From the NCBI GenBank assembly GCA_963823555.1, contig CAWGMA010000004.1, positions 448,001 through 512,000 of the forward strand: 64,000 nt of DNA, given 5' to 3'. This DNA is from Candidatus Eiseniibacteriota bacterium (lineage in GTDB: Bacteria; Eisenbacteria; RBG-16-71-46; CAVPCR01). Shown here piece by piece: positions 19,143 through 27,860 of this stretch. A model generated the notes under the pieces. That model saw nothing but the letters and a program-made list of their open reading frames with translations, made no database searches and had not been told where the DNA came from. Position numbers and translations under genes: made by a program. How positions within the stretch are numbered: the first letter of the stretch is position 1; each line of letters begins with the position of its first letter.

Positions 19143-20246
19143 ATGCGCCGTTCTCCCGCCTTCGACCCACCCGAATATGTGAGCTGGCAAGCAGACCCCG
19201 AGGTGATGGCCGAGTATCGCCGTCAGCTCGCGGCCGATCCCGAGCGCGAGGCCGTCATCGCCGCACTCGGGCACGATGATCTGCTGGGGCTCTATCGCGG
19301 TCTCGTCCGCAATCGCCTGCACGACGTCATGCTGAAGCGCTGGGTCATGCAGGGGATCACGCCCAAGGCCTGGCTGGGCACCGGCGAGGAGGCCGTGACC
19401 ATCGGTGCCGTTCACGCCCTGCGCCCAGGCGATGTGGTCGGTCCGATGATCCGCAATGCGGGTGCTTGTCATGAGATGGGCATTCCGCTGTCCACGATGT
19501 TCCGCGCCTACCTCGGCACGGGAGACACGCATCTGCGCGGGCGGGATCTCCATCTCGGCGACATGAGGCATGGGGTCATGGCGCCCACCAGCATGGTCGC
19601 CTCGCTGGTTCCCGTCGCCGCCGGGGCCGCCCTGGCCATGAAACAGCAGGGGGGAGAGCGAATCGCCCTGACGTGGGTCGGGGACGGCTCGGTGCGGACC
19701 GGGGAGTTTCACGAGGGTGCCTCGTTCGCCGCGGCGCTGCGTGTGCCGCTCATCGTCATCATGCAGAATAACCAGGTGGCACTCGGCACGCCCTATCACA
19801 TGCACTCCCGGGTCGCGTTGACGCAGACCGCGAGCGCCTATGGCGGACCGTTTCTGAGCGCGGCTGGCAACAACGTTCTCGATGTGTATGCCGCGACGAC
19901 TCTCCTCGCTCGCGCCTGCCGCGCCGGGGAAGGTCCTGCGTTCCTGGTCGCCGAAACGGGTCGCATGGGTGGGCATGCGACCCACGACGAGGCCGAGGGG
20001 CGGCGCATCCTTCCTCCCGAGCACTTCGCCTACTGGGGACGGCGGGATCCGGTCGGGCTGTTCGAGACCTACCTTCTCGATGCCCTCGGTGCGGGGGGCG
20101 CCGATCTCCTGGCTCGGGCCGAAACCGAGGTCAACGCCGAGATCGAGGCCGCTGCTGCCGCCGCTCTCAGGAGTCGTAGCGAGGCGCCGCCGGATGTCGC
20201 GGGCGTGGCCGACGGTGTCATGGCTCCCGAATCGGATGCCCGGTGA
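19143..20246 (+). CDS. TPP-dependent 2-oxoacid dehydrogenase E1 alpha subunit
   Basis: GEEA, TPP motif GDGS...QNN, RMGGHATHD, RDP; TTGACA at 19106 upstream. Confidence 0.9.
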   Translation: MRRSPAFDPPEYVSWQADPEVMAEYRRQLAADPEREAVIAALGHDDLLGLYRGLVRNRLHDVMLKRWVMQGITPKAWLGTGEEAVTIGAVHALRPGDVVGPMIRNAGACHEMGIPLSTMFRAYLGTGDTHLRGRDLHLGDMRHGVMAPTSMVASLVPVAAGAALAMKQQGGERIALTWVGDGSVRTGEFHEGASFAAALRVPLIVIMQNNQVALGTPYHMHSRVALTQTASAYGGPFLSAAGNNVLDVYAATTLLARACRAGEGPAFLVAETGRMGGHATHDEAEGRRILPPEHFAYWGRRDPVGLFETYLLDALGAGGADLLARAETEVNAEIEAAAAAALRSRSEAPPDVAGVADGVMAPESDAR

Positions 20247-20334
20247 GGTGGCGCCGTCACTTCAACCGACACGATACTGGTAGAATGCCCCGGGTTGAGG
20301 CGGCCGCGCGAACCGGGCCAGGATCCCCATTGGA

Positions 20335-21363
20335 GTGAGCATGCCGTACACCCTTGGTGAGCAGACCGATTCCAGAGTGGCCGAGCTCATCGCAGACCAG
20401 GGCGGGTCCCCGAATGCCGATCTCATTCAGGAGATCCTGATCACCGGTCTCAAGCTGATTGGCGACAACCCGGATCGCGGCGACTTGAAGATCCTCAACA
20501 CGGCGCTCAAGGAGCTGAGGCATGCGCTCCGTGTCTTTGCCCCGTATCGCGATGCGCGCAAGGTGACCATCTTTGGTTCCGCGCGGTCCGGGCCGGATAC
20601 GCCCGCCTACCAAATGGCGCTCGAGTTCGCCGAGAAGATCGTCCAGCGTGGCTTCATGACCATCACCGGTGCGGGACCGGGCATCATGGAGGCCGGCAAT
20701 GCGGGTGCTGGACGCGAGAACACGTTTGGACTCGGTATCCGCCTCCCCTTCGAGCAATCAGTGAACGATTGGATCGCTGGTGATGCCAAGGTCGTCAACT
20801 TCAAGTACTTCTTCACCCGCAAGCTCATCTTCGTCAAGGAGACGGACGCCCTCGTGCTCTTCCCTGGCGGGTTCGGTACCATGGACGAGGCGTTCGAAGT
20901 GCTGACGCTGGTGCAGACGGGAAAGTCGAAGCTCATGCCGGTCTTCTGTCTCGATGTCCCGGGCGGGACCTACTGGCCGGCATGGCGGGCTTTCCTTCAC
21001 GACCATCTCTGTGGCAGCGGCAAGATCTCGCCTGCCGATCTCGATCTCTTCGAGCTCGTCGACTCGGTTGATGATGCTTGCGATCGCATCAGCCGCTTCT
21101 ACCGCAACTACCACTCCAGCCGCTTCGTCGGGCCGCGGCTCGTGATTCGCGTGCAGAGTTTCCCCTCGAAGGAGCTGATCGCGGACTTGAACCGCGGCTT
21201 TGCCGATATCCTGGCCGAGGGCGGCTTCCAGGTGGCCAAGGCTCTGCCCGAGGAGCAGCGCAACGAGCCCGAGCTCAACGACCTGCCACGAATCATCTGC
21301 ATGTTCAACCGCCATGGCTACGGGCGATTGCGAGCGGTCATCGACCGAATCAACATGGATTGA
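20335..21363 (+). CDS. LOG family (TIGR00730) nucleotide monophosphate nucleosidase, long form
   Basis: VTIFGSAR, TGAGPGIMEAGN, FKYFFTRK, PGGFGTMDE. Confidence 0.93.
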   Translation: MSMPYTLGEQTDSRVAELIADQGGSPNADLIQEILITGLKLIGDNPDRGDLKILNTALKELRHALRVFAPYRDARKVTIFGSARSGPDTPAYQMALEFAEKIVQRGFMTITGAGPGIMEAGNAGAGRENTFGLGIRLPFEQSVNDWIAGDAKVVNFKYFFTRKLIFVKETDALVLFPGGFGTMDEAFEVLTLVQTGKSKLMPVFCLDVPGGTYWPAWRAFLHDHLCGSGKISPADLDLFELVDSVDDACDRISRFYRNYHSSRFVGPRLVIRVQSFPSKELIADLNRGFADILAEGGFQVAKALPEEQRNEPELNDLPRIICMFNRHGYGRLRAVIDRINMD

Positions 21364-21370
21364 GTGAGCC

Positions 21371-22675
21371 GTGAAGAAGAACTACATCCTCGATACCAAC
21401 GTGCTCCTGCACGATCCCGGTGCGGCGCTGAGCTTCGATGATAACAGCGTCATCATTCCGATTCAGGTCGTCGAGGAGATCGACCATTTCAAGAAGGAAA
21501 TGAGCGAGCGAGGGCGGAACGCGCGCCAGATATCCCACTTCCTTGACAGCCTCCGTCACCAGGGGCACCTGGCTGAGGGCGTCCCCTTGCCCAATGGCGG
21601 GACCTTGCGCGTCGTGGTGAGCGGCGGCGAGGACGACGTTCCCGGTATCGGGCTCGACGGTACGGTCGACAATCTGATCCTCGCGCTCGGACTCCATCTC
21701 AAGCGACGGGAGCCGATGATGCCGCTCGTCCTCGTCACCAAGGATACCAACCTGCGAATCAAGGCCGACGCCATGGGTCTCATGGCCGAAGACTTCGAAG
21801 CGGGGCGAGTGCAGATCACGGAGCTCGACCGCGGTGACACCGAGGTCACGGTGGGACCCGAATTCATCGCTCGATTCAAGGAGGCCGGTACATCGCCGTT
21901 GCCGGCCGGGACCTTCTATCCCAACACCTATGTCATCTTGCGTGCCGGAGATGGGCCGCGATCGGTACTGGCGCGCGTCAATCCTGCCGCCGAAGGACTG
22001 GAGACGCTCCGCGTGCCCGGTGAACCGGTGTGGGGTATCTCTCCCCGGAACAAGGAACAGCACTACGCGCTCGATGCGCTCCTCGATGACCGCATCCAAC
22101 TGGTCACCGTGATGGGGAAGGCAGGAACGGGCAAGACGTTGCTCGCCCTGGCAGCGGGTCTGGCCAAGGTGGAGACCGAGTCCCGTTATCGGCGGCTTCT
22201 CATCAGTCGGCCGCTGTTCCCGGTCGGCAAGGACGTGGGCTATCTTCCCGGCGGCCTCGAGGCCAAGCTGGCGCCGTGGATGCAGCCGATCCAGGACAAC
22301 ATGACGCTGCTCCTCGAGCGCGTCGGTGTGCGTGACGTGGGGCATGAGCTCGATCGTTTGCTCGGTACCGTGGTCAGCGTGGAGCCGATCACCTACATTC
22401 GCGGGCGGAGCATACCCAACCAGTATATTATTGTGGACGAGGCGCAGAATCTGACGCCACTCGAGGTCAAGACGATCATCACGCGCGTCGGGGAGGACAC
22501 CAAGATCGTCCTGACCGGTGATGTCTTCCAGATCGACAATCCCTACGTCGATGAGTCCTCGAACGGCTTCAACTATGTCGTGCACAAGTTCCGGGATCAG
22601 GGAATCGCGGCCCACGTGGTCTTGCGGCGTGGTGAGCGTTCGGGGCTGGCGGAGCTGGCGGCCAACCTCCTCTGA
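21371..22675 (+). CDS. PhoH2-type PIN-domain plus PhoH ATPase protein
   Basis: PIN motifs YILDTNVLLHDP and TKDTNLRIKA; Walker A GKAGTGKT; YIRGRS, DEAQN, TGDVFQID. Confidence 0.95.
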   Translation: MKKNYILDTNVLLHDPGAALSFDDNSVIIPIQVVEEIDHFKKEMSERGRNARQISHFLDSLRHQGHLAEGVPLPNGGTLRVVVSGGEDDVPGIGLDGTVDNLILALGLHLKRREPMMPLVLVTKDTNLRIKADAMGLMAEDFEAGRVQITELDRGDTEVTVGPEFIARFKEAGTSPLPAGTFYPNTYVILRAGDGPRSVLARVNPAAEGLETLRVPGEPVWGISPRNKEQHYALDALLDDRIQLVTVMGKAGTGKTLLALAAGLAKVETESRYRRLLISRPLFPVGKDVGYLPGGLEAKLAPWMQPIQDNMTLLLERVGVRDVGHELDRLLGTVVSVEPITYIRGRSIPNQYIIVDEAQNLTPLEVKTIITRVGEDTKIVLTGDVFQIDNPYVDESSNGFNYVVHKFRDQGIAAHVVLRRGERSGLAELAANLL

Positions 22676-22775
22676 TCTCGATGCGGACCCGGCGCCAAGC
22701 GCCGAACTTAACAGGCGAATGGTAGATTCCTCTCGGCCGCCGGGTCGACCTCGCTACGCACCGCGTTTCCGGGCG

Positions 22776-22849
22776 TTATCCACAGCTTCTGTGCCGGGTT
22801 GAGCCCGGATTGCGCATGCAAGAGAGATTCCATCCACTGTTTATCCACC
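22776..22849 (+). promoter_or_regulatory. DnaA-box-like sites
   Basis: Perfect TTATCCACA at 22776-22784; TTATCCACC (1 mismatch) at 22841-22849. Confidence 0.45.
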
Positions 22850-22897
22850 GCTGGCTTCGCGACGGATGGTTTCACCGCATGTACATGCGCTTTTTCG

Positions 22898-22926
22898 TTG
22901 ACCTGACGCGAGTCCGGCGGTATTTT
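22898..22926 (+). promoter_or_regulatory. Sigma70 promoter for the large candidate ncRNA
   Basis: TTGACC (22898-22903), 17 nt, TATTTT (22921-22926); predicted +1 near G22933, the first base of the closing stem. Confidence 0.75.
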
Positions 22927-22932
22927 ACGCAC

Positions 22933-23796
22933 GGGTCGAGTGAGACCCGAGTTCGCGCGCCGACCCTCCCTCGGGAGGAGGCGCAAAACCCCAGGAGGGG
23001 CGGCGGTCTCGCGAGAGATCGCCAACCTCGGTGCCACGAAGACTCCGAGGGGCAGGGTAGGACCGCTTCGGCGAACCCACCTGAAGCCCGGGGGAGGATG
23101 ATCCGCAAGGGTCGCGGCGCCCGAGGCCATCAACCCCTGAAGGGGAGGAAACCCAGGGAAGCCAGTGTGCTGGCTCATGGTCTAACCACTGTGAGCAGGC
23201 TGCCACCCTCCGGGGGGATCAAGACCCGGGAGCCGAGCTTCGGCCAACGGCAGGCGGGTAGAGCAATCGCCGACGAGGCGAAGGCGATCTCCGGCAGGGA
23301 AGGCTTCGAAGGGCGAAAAACCTGCGAGCGCCACCGGGATGAAACAAGCCCGGACGGGTCGGGAGGAGTAAGCCGTCAGGAGGGTGAGAAACCCTGAAGG
23401 CGGAACGTTCGGGCGAGGCAAACCCGGACCGTGGACTCCCGATACCTCGAGCGCTGAGAGGGGAGAAACCTCAGGGGAGCAGTCGATCACTGGAGACAGG
23501 GTCGACGGCCCAACCTGGTGAACACTCTGAAGGGAAGCGAAAGCTCAAGAGAGGCTAGCTCACCGGATTCAATCGCGGACCGGTTGGCGCCGAGGGCGAG
23601 GAAGCCCCGTCGAGTGCGGTTCTACAAGGAGCCGTTCCCGGGGTGCCCGGTAACCAGTAGCCGGGCTACGAACCCTCGTTAGACTCTGAAGGGCAACGTA
23701 ATCCCATGAGAGGAGGTCCGTCGGTGGTGACACCGGCGGGCGGCCAGGGTGAGGCCCAAGGCTCCGGAGGGGAAAGCGAACCGACTCACTCGGCCC
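22933..23796 (+). ncRNA. Candidate large (864 nt) highly structured modular ncRNA, family unassigned
   Basis: 5' GGGTCGAGTGAG pairs with 3' CTCACTCGGCCC (12 bp, one G-U); TTCGC pairs with GCGAA; U-tract follows; many GNRA/UUCG hairpins; repeated module; only low-complexity shadow ORFs. Confidence 0.8.
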
Positions 23797-23862
23797 GTTT
23801 TCTTTTCTGCCGTTGGCTCGAATTCCGCCTGATCCTCACCTTGCGTCACCCCTCGGTTCTCC

Positions 23863-26298
23863 ATGACTGTGCAACTCCAGAAACACCTGTTGATCGCACG
23901 GCATCCCGGGTGGGGGGCACGGGTCATCTTGACCGCCATCGTCCTGGTTGAGGGCTTGCTCCTGGGCGGGAGCCCGGCCTGGGCCCGGAGCGGTGATCTC
24001 TTCGATGACCGGGTGGTGGGGATCGTGGAGGCGGTCATGGACCCCGCCGATCTGGCTCGCCTCCTGGATCCGGACAACGCCGAGAGCAACGAGTACCTGC
24101 CGGCACGGGTGCGGGTGCGGCATGGCGATCTCGATGAGCGCTTCCCGGGAGCCGGTCTCCGCCTGCGAGGCAACTACAGCCGGTATGCCCACAAGAAGGG
24201 CTTCAAGATCGCCCTCCATGCCTTCGAGCCGGGAGCCGAGATCGACGGAATCTCGAAGCTCAACCTGGTCGGCGAACACAATGACCCATGCATCGCGCGC
24301 GAGAAGATGGCGTTCGATGCACTGGCGGCGATCGGTGTTCCAGCCTCGAGAGTGAGTCACGTCCGCTTCTATCTGAACGGCGAATACCGGGGTCTCTACC
24401 TCCATGTCGAGGAAGTGGACGAAGCGTTCCTCGAGCGTCGTTTTGGATCCCCCTCCGGAAACCTCTACAAATGCCAGTATGTCAACCGCAATGCCAGTGC
24501 CGATCTCGTCTACCGGCAGGCGGAGGACTACGAGACACTCGGCGACGCCGACAAGCCGGTCTACGAGCTCACGTCCGACCGCCGCTCCGATTCATTCACG
24601 GACCTCGCGGAGCTCATCGCGGTCATCAATCGCACCCCGGACGAGCACTTCGTCCGCGAACTCGAGCGCGTGTTCGACGTCGAGGCCTTCCTGGCCACCA
24701 TGGCCTTCGACGCCCTGAGCGGCAGCTGGGACGGCTACTGGGTTGGCGCCAACAATTACTTCCTGTATCACGACCCCTTGCTCGGAAGGTTCCGCTTCAT
24801 CCCGCGCGACCTCGACATGACCTTCGGTCTCAACACGATCAGCAGCATCGACTACACGGAAGTCAACATCTACCGACTCGGTCGCTTCGATAGTCAGCGG
24901 CCGCTCGTCTGGCGGATGCTCGAGGAGGATCACTACCGGAACCTGTTCACCTTCTACGTGGAGAAGCTTCTCGCCGGCCCCCTGGATCCCCAGGTCTTCG
25001 CCGACCGGGCCGAGGAGTTGCGCACGCTGATTCGACCGGCGGCTCTCGATGACACGTATCGTACCCGCGACTTTCCCGAGCTCATCGACTACGAGGCCTT
25101 TGATCGCGCCTATGATGAGCGACTGGGCGGGCATGTGCATCATGGGCTCAAACCGTTCATGGCGGATCGGGCGGCGAGCGCGCGCCTGCAGATCGACTAC
25201 GAATCGGCCCCGCCGGCGATCTGGGGCGTGGCACCGCAGTGGGGACTTCTCGCTCCGGCGGCTCCCATGACCTTCCGGGCGGGGGCTTTCGATCCCGGAG
25301 GCCTGGATCGGGTCGAGTTCCATCTCGACGTGGGCCAGGGGTTTTCATCCTGGCCCATGCGTGACGACGGGATCAGTGGTGATGGTGCGGCGGGAGACGG
25401 GATCTGGGGCGCTGAAGTTCCAGGAGCCCCGGCCGGGGCTCGCGTCCGCTTCTACATTGCGGCTCGCGATCGATCCGGGTACCTGACGCGCTTTCCCGCG
25501 CGCGGGGGGGAGGATGCCATCGAGCTCGAGGTCCTCCGCGACGGCCCCATCATTCTCAACGAGCTCATGGCTCGGAACACGACGACGATCGGAGATGAAT
25601 GGGGAGAGTTCGAGGACTGGATCGAGCTCTGGAATCGCGGCCCGGCGGCGGTGGACCTGGGCGACTATCGGTTGACCGACAACCCCGCCGAACGCGATGT
25701 CTTCGCGCTCCCCGCGCTCCGGGTGGAACCCGGCGAGCGGGTGCTGGTCTGGGCGGATGGCGACGACGATCAGGGAGCCCACCACGCGCCGTTTCAGCTC
25801 GATGCGGACGGCGAGTGGATCGGTCTATTCAAGACAGCCGGTGGCGGTCGCTTCGATGCCATCGATGCCGTCCGGTTCGGCTCGCAGGCCGCCGATGAGA
25901 GCCATGGGCGAGTGGCGGATGGCGACCCGACCTGGGCGACCGTGCATCCGACGCCCGGGGCGCCCAACTCGCCGCAGGCCGTGGAACCCGGGTCGATGCC
26001 AGGGGATGGCGTCCCAGCGCCGCAGCTTGAGTTGCACTGGGTGCGGCCCAACCCGGTCCGCGACGAGTCGCTGATCCGCTTCGATCTCCCGGCCGGAGAG
26101 AGCGGCACGATCGATATCGTCGATGTCCACGGCCGGATCCGCCGGCAGCTTGTCGTGGACCCGGTGGCTGCGCGTTCGCAGGCGGTGTGGTGGAACGGAC
26201 GCGACGGAGATGGGCGGCGCGTGCCCTCGGGTATCTATTTCCTCCGCCTGACCGCTGCGGGCGAGTCCCGGACGACGACGCTCGTGGTGATCCGGTAG
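23863..26298 (+). CDS. CotH kinase-family protein with lamin-tail domain and C-terminal FlgD-Ig domain
   Basis: LRLRGNYSR, YRGLYLHVEEVD, WDGY...NNYFLY, IPRDLDMTFG; LTD ILNELMA...DWIELWN; C-terminal PNP...WNGRD...SGIYF. Confidence 0.9.
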   Translation: MTVQLQKHLLIARHPGWGARVILTAIVLVEGLLLGGSPAWARSGDLFDDRVVGIVEAVMDPADLARLLDPDNAESNEYLPARVRVRHGDLDERFPGAGLRLRGNYSRYAHKKGFKIALHAFEPGAEIDGISKLNLVGEHNDPCIAREKMAFDALAAIGVPASRVSHVRFYLNGEYRGLYLHVEEVDEAFLERRFGSPSGNLYKCQYVNRNASADLVYRQAEDYETLGDADKPVYELTSDRRSDSFTDLAELIAVINRTPDEHFVRELERVFDVEAFLATMAFDALSGSWDGYWVGANNYFLYHDPLLGRFRFIPRDLDMTFGLNTISSIDYTEVNIYRLGRFDSQRPLVWRMLEEDHYRNLFTFYVEKLLAGPLDPQVFADRAEELRTLIRPAALDDTYRTRDFPELIDYEAFDRAYDERLGGHVHHGLKPFMADRAASARLQIDYESAPPAIWGVAPQWGLLAPAAPMTFRAGAFDPGGLDRVEFHLDVGQGFSSWPMRDDGISGDGAAGDGIWGAEVPGAPAGARVRFYIAARDRSGYLTRFPARGGEDAIELEVLRDGPIILNELMARNTTTIGDEWGEFEDWIELWNRGPAAVDLGDYRLTDNPAERDVFALPALRVEPGERVLVWADGDDDQGAHHAPFQLDADGEWIGLFKTAGGGRFDAIDAVRFGSQAADESHGRVADGDPTWATVHPTPGAPNSPQAVEPGSMPGDGVPAPQLELHWVRPNPVRDESLIRFDLPAGESGTIDIVDVHGRIRRQLVVDPVAARSQAVWWNGRDGDGRRVPSGIYFLRLTAAGESRTTTLVVIR

Positions 26299-26332
26299 CG
26301 CTCTGCCCCCGCTGCGCCGGCCGGGGTCTGGC

Positions 26333-27850
26333 TCAGAACCCGCCTGCGGTCCGCCGCTCCCCGTCGATGCGGGCGGCATGCACGCTCACCAGCTCGAGCG
26401 CACGGCGCACGTGGCGTTCCGTGGTCCGTATGTTGCCGATCGCCATCCGGAGCGTCGTGCGGCCGCGGAGCGCCGTATGCGAGAGCATGACTTCCCCGCT
26501 TGCGTTCACCGCATCGAGCGTGGCGGTGTTGAGCGCGTTGAGGTGTTCGCGCACGCGAGGATCGTCCTCACGACCGCGGAGATCTTCGGGCCGGGCACGG
26601 AAGCAGACCGTCGACAGCGGAGTGGGGGCCAGCCGTTCCAGATCCAGTGCGGCATCGATGATCGCAGCCGCCACCTGGGCTAGACGCAGGTGTTCGCGAA
26701 TGCGCGCCGTCAGCCCGTCCTGACCGAAGGCTCGCATGACCATCCACAGCTTGAGGGCGCGGAAACGCCGGCCGAGAGAGATGCCCCAGTCCATGAGGTT
26801 GGTGACGCCTGACTCGCTCGTGCGCAGGTACTCAGGGACGAGGCTCGTGGCCCCGGTCAGGATCGCCGGATGCCGGCAGTAGAGCGCCGAGCAATCGATG
26901 GGTGTGAAGAGCCACTTGTGTGGGTTCACGATCAGCGAATCGGCGCGCTCGCATCCGGCGAGGATATGGCGCATCTCGGGGACGATCGCCGCCGTCCCGC
27001 CGTAGGCGGCATCGACATGAAGCCAGAGTTTCTCACGGGCGCAGATGTCGGCGATCGCCGGCACCGGGTCGATGGAGGTGGTCGAGGTGGTGCCCACAGT
27101 GGCCACGACTGCGAACGGGCGCCGGCCCTGGGCGCGGTCGGTGGCGATCCGGCGATCGAGATCGGCGACGTCCATCCGGTAATCGCCGTCGACGGCGACC
27201 TTCGATACCTGGTCCAGACCGATGCCAAGGACGATGGCGGCCTTGTCGATCGAGGAATGAGCCTCGCTCGAGGTGTAGAGCACGAGCGGCGCCTGATCGG
27301 GGCGCCCGAGAAGGCCGCGCGTGCGTACTGCGAGGTCGGGCACCGCCTCGCGCGCGGCGGTGAGCGCGGTCAGGCTCGATGCCGACGCTGTGTCCTGGAT
27401 GGCCCCGGCGAAATCGGGCGGCAGCCCGATGAGTTCACGGAGCCAGGCCAGCGTCACTTCCTCGAGCTCCGTACCCGCAGGTGATGTGCGCCATAGCATG
27501 GCGTTCACGTTGAGTGCGGCGGCGAGGAGCTCGCCGATGATTCCAGGCACCGATCCCGTGATACCGAAATAGGCCATGAATCCGGGGTGGTTCCAGTGCG
27601 TCACGGCGGGCACGACGAGTTGCTCGAAGTCGGCGAGGATCCTGGCGAGCGGTTCGCCGCGCCGGGGCGCGTGGGCAGGGAGGTGGGCGGAGAGTTCACC
27701 GGGTTGGACCTGCGCCAGCACCGGGAAGCGTTCGGGATGGTCGAGGAACCCGGCGATCCAGGCCAGTGCCTCTTCGCCGGCGGCCAGGAACTCCGCCGTC
27801 GGCAGATCGCCGGTCTCGATCTCCGCGCGTCCGCCGGCCTCGTCCATCAT
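26333..27850 (-). CDS. PLP-dependent group II (aromatic L-amino acid) decarboxylase
   Basis: THWNHPGFMAYF, AHSSIDKA, GTTSTTSIDP, HVDAAYGG, NPHKW, RRFRALKLW. Confidence 0.93.
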   Translation of the reverse strand: MMDEAGGRAEIETGDLPTAEFLAAGEEALAWIAGFLDHPERFPVLAQVQPGELSAHLPAHAPRRGEPLARILADFEQLVVPAVTHWNHPGFMAYFGITGSVPGIIGELLAAALNVNAMLWRTSPAGTELEEVTLAWLRELIGLPPDFAGAIQDTASASSLTALTAAREAVPDLAVRTRGLLGRPDQAPLVLYTSSEAHSSIDKAAIVLGIGLDQVSKVAVDGDYRMDVADLDRRIATDRAQGRRPFAVVATVGTTSTTSIDPVPAIADICAREKLWLHVDAAYGGTAAIVPEMRHILAGCERADSLIVNPHKWLFTPIDCSALYCRHPAILTGATSLVPEYLRTSESGVTNLMDWGISLGRRFRALKLWMVMRAFGQDGLTARIREHLRLAQVAAAIIDAALDLERLAPTPLSTVCFRARPEDLRGREDDPRVREHLNALNTATLDAVNASGEVMLSHTALRGRTTLRMAIGNIRTTERHVRRALELVSVHAARIDGERRTAGGF

Positions 27851-27860
27851 GCCGTCCCGT

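Noticed and set aside
19143..20246. E1 alpha subunit without an adjacent beta subunit as a novel enzyme
   Set aside because: Split dehydrogenase operons are common; the partner is probably elsewhere in the genome
22676..22930. Replication origin oriC
   Set aside because: Only two DnaA boxes, no clear AT-rich unwinding element, no dnaA/dnaN/gidA neighbours
22810..23490. ORFs of 195, 156 and 102 aa overlapping the candidate RNA
   Set aside because: Low-complexity Arg/Gly/Pro translations with no motifs or clear RBS; the promoter, end-pairing and tetraloops explain the region better
22968..23775. CRISPR array or REP/BIME cluster
   Set aside because: Repeats are degenerate and irregularly spaced within a single closed structure; no cas genes in the window
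22933..23796. RNase P RNA, tmRNA, rRNA fragment, group II intron or glycine riboswitch
   Set aside because: No GAGGAAAGUCC P4 motif, no tRNA-like acceptor/CCA end, no recognisable rRNA sequence, no GUGYG start or domain V, no interrupted host gene; GAAACCUCAGG only superficially resembles a glycine aptamer. Judged by eye; an Rfam scan is still needed
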